Shown here: piece after piece, positions 52,250 through 64,000 of the stretch
Position numbering within the stretch: the first letter of the stretch is position 1
Layout: every line of letters starts with the position of its first letter
Assembly (NCBI GenBank): GCA_951406725.2
Contig: OX597814.1
Coordinates: 119,846,001-119,910,000, forward strand
Source: Octopus vulgaris
Taxonomy: Eukaryota
DNA length: 64,000 nt
Direction of reading: 5' to 3'
The notes under the pieces: generated by a model
What the model saw: the letters and a program-made list of their open reading frames with translations, nothing else
Databases searched by the model: none
Told to the model about the DNA's origin: nothing
Position numbers and translations under genes: made by a program

Positions 52250-53400
52250 TTCAAAGCCAGTGAACAGTAATTGACGAAACCTGTATAACTTTGAATCCCT
52301 TTAACAATTCATAATAGTGACATTTATTCCTCTAAATTCTACCTCAGTTCATCTAACTATATATTTATCGTTACCTTTCATAAAAAAAAGCCTTTATTGT
52401 TTTGATATCGAAAGTGCATTTTCGCTTTTTTTCTTCTCACTTTCCCCATATCTCTTACATTAGTAGTCTCTTTCTTTTTTTTCGTTTTTGAAACATATTT
52501 CTATTATATTTTACTACACGGAAGATTGAAAATGCGACAGATATCAAACTCTGCATTCACTCTAAAAGAACTAAAAGAGCCTAACTCGAATTTGAGACTA
52601 CTAATTAACAAGATTGGTGAATTTACTCGATTTAAACAAGATCCAAAGGAAAAAGGGAAAGGGCAATCTCTGGAACAACACAACTTTTGACCGAATTATG
52701 CACCACTCTTCAATCTTTACCTTACAATAATTTTATAAATAAAAATCCCCCTACAGACGATACACACGATAGAACCCCTTCCATGGTTAAACAATCAATT
52801 AAAAACCGTATTATCTATATCTGGAATGAGAAACATAATCCAGAAAATTTTCTTTCTGGAATATGATTAAAAACAACTAAAAGTCAGAAATTTTTGAACA
52901 CTGGTTAAATTCAGTTCCAATAATTTTACCTGGTAAATTTCAAATTAAACTAATACCTAACGAATAGGACCAAGAAAGACAATTAAGAGAGAAACTAACA
53001 TTGGTAAAAATGAAGACAGAAATCGAACTCCTTTGGCTTAGAGCGATAAGCAATGAAGAAACATTTAAAAACATAGATCAGGAAATATATACTGAATTAA
53101 GGAAACATTCAGATGGCCAATGCTTGGAGAGTATCTTCAAACTGTGGAAAACAACTTGTGAAACTGAAGAAACTAATTCCCTACAACGCTGGGAAACAGA
53201 AGCTAATTGTTTCCTAAACTACGAAACACAGTTCAACAGAGAAAACATATCGGATGACCCCTTCCTGAACAAAAATAAACCAAAACCCCACGCAGAAATG
53301 ATCTCACATTTATCTAACATAAACCACAGAAAATCGAAGGGACACAACTCCCCCAACCTAAAAATAACATCCAAACAACATTTTTTACCTAAAATATTTC
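52250..53400 (+). mobile_element. Inverted partner: PLE terminal repeat + decayed ORF N-terminus
   Basis: 52250-52452 is a diverged reverse complement of 51485-51685, followed by a broken K/N/E-rich reading frame (includes ORF 53001-53495). Confidence 0.65.
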
Positions 53401-53559
53401 TTTTTATTCTCACATTCTCAATGTTACTTTGTGTTGTCTATGCTATGTTTTATATGATCAGATGCCCAAGCCGATTGCGGTGCAGATATCGATAAGATCC
53501 AGTCCAGTAAATACCACACCCGGATAGGGACTTTCACTTTTGTTTCGGAGCGGCAGAGA

Positions 53560-53800
53560 AATTCTTGCCACTGAAACTTCAGTGACCATCTGGCCTAATT
53601 TTCCTAGTCCCATACTGCCAACCGAGACTGGATCTCGTGGAACGATTAAAGTTCCTAAACCACATTGCACCAACAACAGTCCATCCTAACAAAATCAATA
53701 AAACTGGTGATCACATGGGAGCTCTGGAAGGGAAACTTGTAAGAAGCCCATGTGAGGAAGCTTGCGAGACGTCATAAACTTGTAGGGCAACCTAGAAAAC
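53560..53800 (+). mobile_element. Decayed RLE-LINE (HERO/NeSL-like) endonuclease fragment
   Basis: LKFLNHIAPTT...LWKGNL*EAHVRKLAR resembles the P-W-E...AH.RK..Y region of RLE domains. Confidence 0.4.
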
Positions 53801-55046
53801 GATGTTGGGAATAACGTTGAGAACAGCGTTGTGAGTCAATATGGGTTGGCTGTCTAATATTGTGATTGACTTAAATTCCAGTATATTGATGTAAATAATC
53901 AAAATTTTCAACTAATTTCTTTTGCATTTCACATTATTTAATCCTTAAAATAATTACTCTCCATCTGTGCAAACCATCTAAAATTTGGTCACAATACATG
54001 ATAGACAGAGAAGCTTGATATCCTTTATTTAACGACTTTAAAACCATAGAGTATAAATTAAGAAAGGTAATAATTAGTAAAATATTAGAATAAAACAATG
54101 TGTTAAATTCGAACCTTTCTGTTCACATGTTTAGTTGTTCGGTATTGAATTGGAATTAAACAACACAGCAATAGTTTTAGTATAAGTTCGACCCGATAAC
54201 ACAATATCCTAAAATGTGCAATCAAATAACATCTAAATTAAATAATGCTGTTGTAAAAATATACGTAACATGTAGGACTATGAAAACAATGTCTGAATAC
54301 TTGATGTAGCATTGATCTTAAACCTGCTTTATCATTACTGACGTGGGCTGAACGACTGCCTTGACTACTTTTCTATATACACTGATGTTTGCTAATAAAT
54401 TTGGGTTTGTCATAGAAGAAAAGAAACGATGAAATATTCAAAAGCATGAAACCAAGGAACAAATGTAATTGTACTTACAACTCAATATTATTAAAGCTGA
54501 TTCAAAGAATATCTTTCAGATGGCTGAACGCATAGATTTCCCTCCGCTCAATGTCATTTATTAGAAATTCTTTGGTTATATTTTCATATTAACTATTCGT
54601 AAACTGCATCAATGCTTTTATGAAAAGCCTGTAGACATAAAAGCACCGAAGATATGTCAAAACATGTTGTAAGACTTTTGAAGTTTCCAGTTCGCAAATC
54701 ATATCACAATTCCTAATATATAATTGTCTACAGTTATTGAGGAATATCCTGTGATCCCCACAGTAGAAACAAGGAACAAGCCCTCATACTCAACCCACAA
54801 ATAACTATTGTTTCTCCTCGCCTCTGCCACATACAAAGACAGAACACTTGAACTTTTGTTAATTTCATCTAACTTTTCTGAAGCCTTAATGATACCGTGT
54901 CTTCCTTAGACAATAAAAGTCACTCTTCCACATCTCTCTGTCTCTCTGTTTATTGCCATCTCTGACTTTCTCTCCCCCTCTATCTCTGAATATATATGTA
55001 TATATATATATATATATATAAACAGTTAGTGTGAAATGGTGTATGC

Positions 55047-55099
<53 letters not shown>

Positions 55100-55186
55100 C
55101 GTGGAGAGTTGGGAGAGAGAAAAGGAGCGATTCATTTTCATACGAAATCATATTGAAAAGTCTGTAACGTTGTCAGTACTTCCTCT

Positions 55187-55390
55187 ACGGTGGCGAGCTA
55201 GAAGAATTATTACCACGCCAGCAAAAATGCTGGCGGCATTTTGTTCGTCTTTACGTTCTGATTTCAAATTCCGCCGAAGTTCTTTCGTGGTTGACAAAAT
55301 AACTACCATTTGTGTACTAGTTTCGATTTAATTTTACTTGCGTTCTTTCCCAAAATTGCTGAACCTCAGCCATAATTTGAACCCAATATT
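55187..55390 (+). mobile_element. SINE family B, decayed
   Basis: GGTGGCGAGCTAGAAGAA...TTACGTTCTGATTTCAAATTCCGCCGA. Confidence 0.65.
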
Positions 55391-55417
55391 TCCTGTAACT
55401 TCTTTATTTCCACACTC

Positions 55418-55469
<52 letters not shown>

Positions 55470-55980
55470 TGTATGTATAGACAGACATACAGAATAATTA
55501 GACAGAGAGAAGGATAAATAGATTTAAGAATACGTTTTCATAGCGATTCAAGATACAACAGCGCCATTGTATTTAAATGAAAATGCAGGAAACTATCACA
55601 GTTTTAATTCTATATTTAATCATTTCGAGTAGCTGTTACCTAGTTATCAACAATGCGCTATTGTATTTCCTAAAACTTTGGAAAACCCGCTTCCAGTTAC
55701 GATTCAGCTAGAGCAAAGAACTTTAGTGAAATTTAGTGAATATAAAAATATATGTATGGATACAGGATGAAGCAATTTCCATGTAAGGAGAACTATTTTC
55801 TCTTTGTTTTCACTAATTGGCATATTTTGGCTAAATCCCACTCAGCATTGCTCGTAGATGTGTGTTCCGTAATGTAATGCAGCAAGCAACTTACAATGTT
55901 CGTATACATACATACAGACAAACATACATACACACACGCACGCATATATATATATATATATATACCTATATATATATATA

Positions 55981-56800
<820 letters not shown>

Positions 56801-57974
56801 ACTTTACTTCACTCTCTATTTACCTACTTCGTTAATATCTTTATTGAATGCACTTTAATTTCGCTCTCAGTTTTTCTCCTTCTTTCCTCACTTTTGTTCT
56901 CATGCATTTCTATATTCTACTTTTAAATGCAAAGCCACAACACACGTAGTATTGCTGTCTGTTCTTTATATTTGATAGCACATCCACGTAAGTTTAAAAT
57001 ATCTAAATTTTCTGTATAAACGTGCGTCTCGCTTATTTACTTCATTACGTTTCATTCTCCACACAGCTACACCAACCGTTTACATATTATCTGATATTAG
57101 TGAGCGCTACAATAACTTCGATGGTTCAAACGCTTAAAACAACGGTATTCCTGCGATAACCGTATCGAAACCTTGTCCGATAAAGTTTATCTAAGGCTCC
57201 TAGCACAGTTAGCTTCAACGTGTCATTTTATAGACAACAGTGTTGAATTTGAAAAGGATTTGTCTGCTATATCTCGAAGCTGACTCCTCTTATCGTTTGA
57301 CTGGGCTGAGCCAATACTATTGAAAAAGTTGCAAGACGCAACGAAAATTTTAGGAAAATAAAAAATAAGAAATAAGTGGACATTTTGAGTCAAGACAATT
57401 GAAAAGTTGCAAGACGCAAAGAAAATCTTAGGAAAATAAAAATATGAAACAAGTGGAACCTTTACTTGTGAATGTGTTATATTATAAGGAACAAAAAGAA
57501 AATGACTCTCCTCAGACACAACAGAATATAGAGACAATTACAGGAGTTTTAAACTCACCAGTCCCATGCAATAGCACAGTTCTTAAAGCTATTAGCTGTA
57601 GCCTACCAATTGACATTCGATTTAAGGATGAGTAACTAATTGACTAATCAGTAATCAATTAAATATAATTCGAAAACTGACTTATGTTCAGAATGTTTAA
57701 GTGGAAGAATGTGTAACACCTCGAGAATAATTAAATTATTTTTCACCTCACAGCACATATTCACAAATGAATCCCTAGCGTTTATATAACTCAGGGAAGA
57801 TTTGACACTTAACACATTTGTGGATGTTACACGCTTCGAAACCTATATTTGTTCCCTTACCAGAGGTTTAATAAGCAGCATAGATTAATTAATACGAGCA
57901 TACGACACACGCTCTCTCTCAATATCATCTGTCATCTGTGATAATATTCACTGATGCTGCTCTTCGACATGTCA

Positions 57975-58023
<49 letters not shown>

Positions 58024-58353
58024 GTATTAGTACACTGTCAAACAACATTTCGGTAAGGTGGGCATCATAATAGATACAAATGAAATTGTATGGATATTTC
58101 TGTACATTTTCTCGCAGTGTGAATAAATAGTGACGATTTTAACAACTATACATCACTATGAATCAACACACTCCTCTAGCCTTTCAAATGTATGATTCGG
58201 AGGAGGAGACGCCGCAATTGGCATGCAGTTCTTTATGCTGTTAGCTGATTAAGTTAAATAACTAGCCATCTGTTGAACTATGATATTTATATCATTCCGG
58301 TCTTTCACACAACCTCCCCCACTCTCTGTGTATATATATACAGGCGAACATAC

Positions 58354-58396
<43 letters not shown>

Positions 58397-58440
58397 CAAA
58401 ATAAGCAACAAGTTGGTGCCTCACGTAACTAATTCATCTG

Positions 58441-58527
<87 letters not shown>

Positions 58528-58599
58528 ATATAATATTATTAGGGAGTATAACTCCAAATTTACAGGGACAAATTCAATTTTATATATATATATATATAA

Positions 58600-58852
58600 A
58601 ATATAAATTAGACATAAAACCATTATTATGCAACTCAAACGTTGATAAACATAAACCAAAACATGAATAACAAATATATATTTTTATAAAACATATAATT
58701 AGATCCCAAAAAGTATAAAAATTAATTATCAATATATAATAAGTAAAAACACTTCGTACGTTTCATAAACATATATATTATTTGTTAATTGTGTTCTGGT
58801 TTATATTTATCACTGTTTGAGTTGCATAATAGTGGTTTCATCTCTAATTTAC
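58600..58852. repeat. Short inverted repeat pair, PLE-terminal-like
   Basis: TAAATTAGACATAAAACCATTATTATGCAACTCAAAC mirrored by GTTTGAGTTGCATAATAGTGGTTTCATCTCTAATTTA; GAAACGTACG half-motif on minus near 58760. Confidence 0.6.
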
Positions 58853-58855
58853 ACA

Positions 58856-58909
<54 letters not shown>

Positions 58910-58949
58910 CATAAATTGATCAAAATAAAAACATGATGCCAAGGATTCA

Positions 58950-59027
58950 GCGGTACATATGTTTCGGGCCTTTATTAGACAGATTTATAACAATGCATAA
59001 TGTATGTCTGTGGCCTTCTTCAGTCGC
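58950..59027 (-). ncRNA. Identical hammerhead motif in the inverted pLTR copy
   Basis: Reverse complement of 63785-63862. Confidence 0.75.
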
Positions 59028-59850
59028 GCACAACAACTTCCACAAGGACATGTGTTACATCAAAAATTCTTGGTTGGGGATGCAAATCCTCTCATTCGCG
59101 TACGACATAATGCGGCAACAGCATGGAATTTAAGTGTCCATCTCGTTCTTCTCTCAATGTAGAATGAGAAAATTTGGATGTTGAAGTAATGTAAATAAAT
59201 TAATAAATAAATACATATATAGACGTGAAGGGACCTGGTAATAAGAGTAAATAGGGGTAAAGATGGAGGGGCGAGAATTCAGGACGAAGGATAAAAAATA
59301 TATAAAAAGTGTAAGTATAGAAAAATATAGAAAAATATAAAAGTGTAGAGTATAAAGATATAAAGAGATATAAGGAGATATAAAGGGAATATAAAGAATA
59401 TAAAAAAATATAAATGAATATAAAGGTATAAAGTTATAAAGTAAAAATAGAAATAGAAATAAAAGTAAAAATAGAAATAAAAATAACAATAGGAATAAAA
59501 ATAATAAAAAATGTAAAAGAATATAAGGATAAGGGATGTATAGTGGTTACGGACCAAACATGGTGGTCAGGAAAATGACAAAATTTAGTTGTAGAAGTTT
59601 TGGGTGTCAATAAATCAACAGGGGCGTCTGGAGACTTAGTGTATTGTAAATCAGAGCTGTTGAGCAGTTAATCTAGTTCCTTGAATTAGGTGGTCATCTT
59701 GTACATACATACCAGCATGGATACCTACACGCATATTCACGCGCACATATACGCACGCATACACAGCTCCAAGCATATAAGCATACATACGTACTCACGT
59801 GTAAACATATACAAAAACACATATACACCCACACACATGCGCATATATAC

Positions 59851-61596
59851 AACTACTCATTCATCCAGTTCGACATAGTTAACTACTACGCCAGTATATC
59901 CCCCATCTTACTTAACAAATCCCTTATATATGCCCGCCGCCTTTCGCTCATAGACAGAGAAAAAATTGACATAATACTATTAGCCAGAAAAACTATAATA
60001 GAATTCGACGGTAGACTTTGGACCAGATCCGATACCCCCGAAAATTTTGATGTGGCTATGGGCTCGAGCGATTCAGCTCAGGTGACTGACTTGGTCGGGG
60101 CCTACCTACTCAAGAAGCTTTTCTCCGAGGTACCGGATCTTCAGGGGGGTCTATACAGGGATGACGCTCTCTTCATATACCCCACCAACAATAGGAGTAA
60201 ACTAGAAAGAATTAGGAAAAAGATCAGGCTTTTTTCAAATCCTTCAATCTTAAACTAGAATTGAGGACCAATACTAAAATAGTAAACTTCTTAGATGTTA
60301 CGTTAGACTTGAATAAGCACCTTCACCACCCCGTATAGGAAACCCGAAGAAACAACCAAATACATCCACACCTCTTCCAACCATCCACCCTGTATAATTA
60401 GCACCACGGTCCAAGCCATCTCAGACAGACTTACAAAACTATCCTCTAACAGAGAAATTTTCAATAATCACGCACAACACTACAACCAGGCTCTCTATAG
60501 TGCTGGGTATAACCAGAGAATATCATATGTAGACCACCCAGGAACGTCCGTCGGCCGTAAAACTCCCAATTATAATCGAACTCCGCACTCAACTCATGCT
60601 ATCGATAATTCTAATTTAAATTCTAAACAACGTATAGGAAATAGGCGAACTAATAGAATAGCACACAATAGTAACCCTCTCGACGAGAGCAATATAGATC
60701 CTATTAGGAGAAATAGAAGCGATAATAGTAGATTACGCAAATATATATGGTACAACATACCATACAACTTAGCAGTTAGGGGTAAATTATGTAAGAGAAT
60801 ATTCTCTATCATTTCCAACAACTTCCCACCCACCCATAAGTATAGAAGTATCTTCTCCAACAAAACCATTAGGATTTCCTACTCTACCCTGCCCAACATG
60901 AGCTGCCTCATAGCTAAACATAACTATATTAATATTAGAACAGCTAGATCAAGAGCAAGCTATAGCGACCAACCGAACCCCCCTCATCCAGACAGTAGAC
61001 AATATAATCAGGCTGGCAGCTATATTACCCAAACAGTTAGTAATAACACGCGCCAACACAACAGAGGTAATACCACAGCCATCAACAACCAGGAGGATAT
61101 CAACGCCCCCACACGTAATGCAACACCTCCGCCTGGGATTAACAGCACACGACCGAGTAATACAATGCACTGCAACTGCATATGTGCAACCGAGTGTCCG
61201 CTACGGGGTGCATGTAGGGCGAAAAACGTAATATATTCATGTGAGGTGAGTACCCAGTTTAACACACTCACCTACATAGGTTGCTCGACCTCCTGGAAAT
61301 CCAGATACTACAACCACCGGTCCTCGCTGAAACACAGGCATAAAGCTAACAGCACCTCTCTTTCTAAAAAAATTTGGGAATTAAAAGACAAATTCATAGG
61401 TTTCAAACTCAGGTGGTCCATCATCGGATCAGCTGCACCTTATTTAAATAATAGAGCAGGATGCCAACTATGTTGTGTAGAACTCCTGAATATCTTGAAA
61501 TTCAAAGACAAACACAATCTTATTAACAAAAGGTCAGAGTTCAAACCATCCTGTATACACAAACTTATTAATACTTTCAAATACTACAAAGCTTAG
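59851..61596 (+). pseudogene. PLE RT + GIY-YIG ORF (truncated; two compensating homopolymer frameshifts)
   Basis: FIQFDIVNYYASI, FDVAMGSSDSAQVTDLVG, GLYRDD, VNFLDVTLDL, YIHTSSNHPP, IWYNIPY, CNC...CPLRGAC, NVIY...YIG; -1 in T6 (60230-60235), +1 in C4 (60329-60332). Confidence 0.92.
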
Positions 61597-61735
61597 GCTA
61601 TTATACCAACTCCCCCATGCAATTTCCTCCCACCCGGTGCAACCTGTCGGCTCCAGCGCATCCCGCTTTCCTATATGTGCGTGTATATGTGTATATATAT
61701 ATATATATGTATATACATATATGTGTATATATATG

Positions 61736-61770
<35 letters not shown>

Positions 61771-63784
61771 ATGTGCATATATATTTCCCTGCATTTTCCT
61801 CCTATATATACACATTTTGTCTCATTTCTTCTCCTACACCGAAATTCTTCCTATCTAGACTCTTTGTTTCCCTATATCTATACCTTTTCACATTTCTAAC
61901 TCGGATGTTGAGCGCACACCGCAAAACTCCACTTCCCACCCTTCCAATTTTCAGTTACCCCCGCCCGCCCCTATGTGGTCACCTTTAGCACACACCTTTA
62001 ACTTTACACTTTCAACCACCTTTTGTTTTTTCCTTCATCTCATGTTAAGCTTTACCCGATTATATTTTTATTTTACTTTATCCTATTCTATTTCGCTTTA
62101 CCTTTATTCTTATTTTATTTTCATTCCTTATTTTAATTCTTATAGTTCTTATAATTTTTATATCTTATTTCTAACTTTTATAGTGTATTTCTTATTTTAT
62201 ATTGTATTTCTTACTTTTATTTCTAATTTTTATTCTTACCCTCATTCTTACTCCTATTTTTATCCCTAACTTATCGCTTTATATCTCTATATATGTCTAT
62301 TTTTTGCTTATCCCTTATTTACTTATCTATGGATCCGCTTTATGATTATACGTGCGTCCGTGTACGTATGTATACGTATACGTATGTGTACGTATGTACG
62401 AGTAAACATCTACGTCTGCATGTGCATACCCCGTTACTCTTCTTTAATAATTTTCTTTAATAATATTTTAAAATTTTTTACATGTTTTTTTACATATTTT
62501 TTTACATGTTTTCGCAGATTTCTTATATGCATATGTTTACACATATTTGTATACATCTTTTAATATCTTATAGCTATACCTATACGCGCGTATGTCTCTG
62601 TGTGTGTATGTAAGTGTATATGTACACGCACATATAGACACACAGCCGTGTGTGCGTGTACGTGTAGACGTGAGTGCGTGATTCTTTACATGCGTTCTTA
62701 TATACATCTTTTAATATCTTATATCTAAACCTGTATGTGTGGGCATCTGTGTATGTGTATGTAAGGATGGACGTACATATGTATATATAGGTGTGTGTAT
62801 ATGCGTACGTATGTATATGTATACATGTGCATATATGTATGCATATGTGTATGTGTATATGTATATGTGTATGTGCGTGTGTGTGTATATATGTATATAT
62901 GTATATGTACACGTATAATGTCCGTGTATATATACGCATATTCTGTTGTATGTATGTATATATGCGCATGTGTGTGGGTGTATATGTGTTTTTGTATATG
63001 TTTACACGTGAGTACGTATGTATGCTTATATGCTTGGAGCTGTGTATGCGTGCGTATATGTGCGCGTGAATATGCGTGTAGGTATCCATGCTGGTATGTA
63101 TGTACAAGATGACCACCTATATCAAGGAACTAGATTAGCTGCTCAACAGCTCTGATTTACAATACACTAAGTCCCCAGACGCCCCTCTTGAATTATTGAC
63201 ACCCAAAACTTCTACAACTAAATTTTGTCATTTTCCTGACCACCATGTTTGGTCCGTAACCACTATACATCCCTTATCCTTATATTCTTTTACATTTTTT
63301 ATTATTTTTATTCCTATTGTTATTTTTATTTTTATTTCTATTTTTACTTTTATTTCTATTTCTATTTTTACTTTATAACTTTATACCTTTATATTCATTT
63401 ATATTTTTTTATATTCTTTATATTCCCTTTATATCTCCTTATATCTCTTTATATCTTTATACTCTACACTTTTATATTTTTCTATATTTTTCTATACTTA
63501 CACTTTTTATATATTTTTTATCCTTCGTCCTGAATTCTCGCCCCTCCATCTTTACCCCTATTTACTCTTATTACCAGGTCCCTTCACGTCTATATATGTA
63601 TTTATTTATTAATTTATTTACATTACTTCAACATCCAAATTTTCTCATTCTACATTGAGAGAAGAACGAGATGGACACTTAAATTCCATGCTGTTGCCGC
63701 ATTATGTCGTACGCGAATGAGAGGATTTGCATCCCCAACCAAGAATTTTTGATGTAACACATGTCCTTGTGGAAGTTGTTGTGC

Positions 63785-63862
63785 GCGACTGAAGAAGGCC
63801 ACAGACATACATTATGCATTGTTATAAATCTGTCTAATAAAGGCCCGAAACATATGTACCGC
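63785..63862 (+). ncRNA. Type I hammerhead ribozyme motif in pLTR
   Basis: CTGAAGA 63789-63795, GGCC...GGCC-closed long stem II, GAAA 63847-63850, palindromic ACATATGT stem III, GUA site ending 63858, GCG/CGC stem I. Confidence 0.75.
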
Positions 63863-63969
63863 TGAATCCTTGGCATCATGTTTTTATTTTGATCAATTTA
63901 CTCCACCACCTACACCACCAAACGGTATATACAGGTGCTTACAATTATCAAGTACTTACCCAGAATTTC

Positions 63970-64000
<31 letters not shown>

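Larger units (their letters stand above)
58912..63970 (+). mobile_element. Naiad-type Penelope-like retroelement, 5'-truncated, with inverted pseudo-LTR
   Basis: 58912-59851 is the reverse complement of 62955-63900; RT-GIY-YIG coding region between; short tail 63901-63970; microsatellite flanks. Confidence 0.92.

Noticed and set aside
58933-59878. Duplicated short ORFs mirrored at 62580-63879
   Set aside because: By-products of the inverted pLTR, mostly low complexity.
63690-63730. HDV-like ribozyme suggested by GCGAATG
   Set aside because: Could not build the nested double pseudoknot; the segment fits a simple long helix better.
59851-63900. Selenoprotein-type Naiad with SECIS
   Set aside because: No in-frame TGA in the reconstructed ORF and no convincing AUGA/AA/GA SECIS seen; the missing 5' part cannot be judged.

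Overview
Repeat-dense, AT-rich eukaryotic DNA. The tRNA-derived SINE families and microsatellite load suggest an octopus/cephalopod genome (inference). No confidently identifiable host gene; nearly all long ORFs in the track are (TA)n/(CA)n artefacts. Main contents: (1) 12.2-25.5 kb: a ~3-kb-period tandem array of four units, each [(TA)n - 728-bp non-coding module with a hammerhead-ribozyme-like motif - (TA)n - identically 5'-truncated CR1-group LINE 3' end], followed by a longer, distinct copy of the same LINE. (2) A complete Buster-family hAT transposon (34331-36707, 8-bp TSD ATCTAGAG) whose transposase has one nonsense codon, lying between R4/Dong-like LINE remnants. (3) A Naiad-type Penelope-like element (PLE, 58912-63970) with RT + GIY-YIG ORF, ~940-bp inverted pseudo-LTRs (pLTRs) and a well-formed type I hammerhead. 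(4) Several further coding and non-coding PLE-like inverted/tandem structures, giving about a dozen hammerhead-like motifs in the window. (5) Foldbacks, many SINEs and a few weak candidate host exons. All alignments and RNA folds were done by eye.
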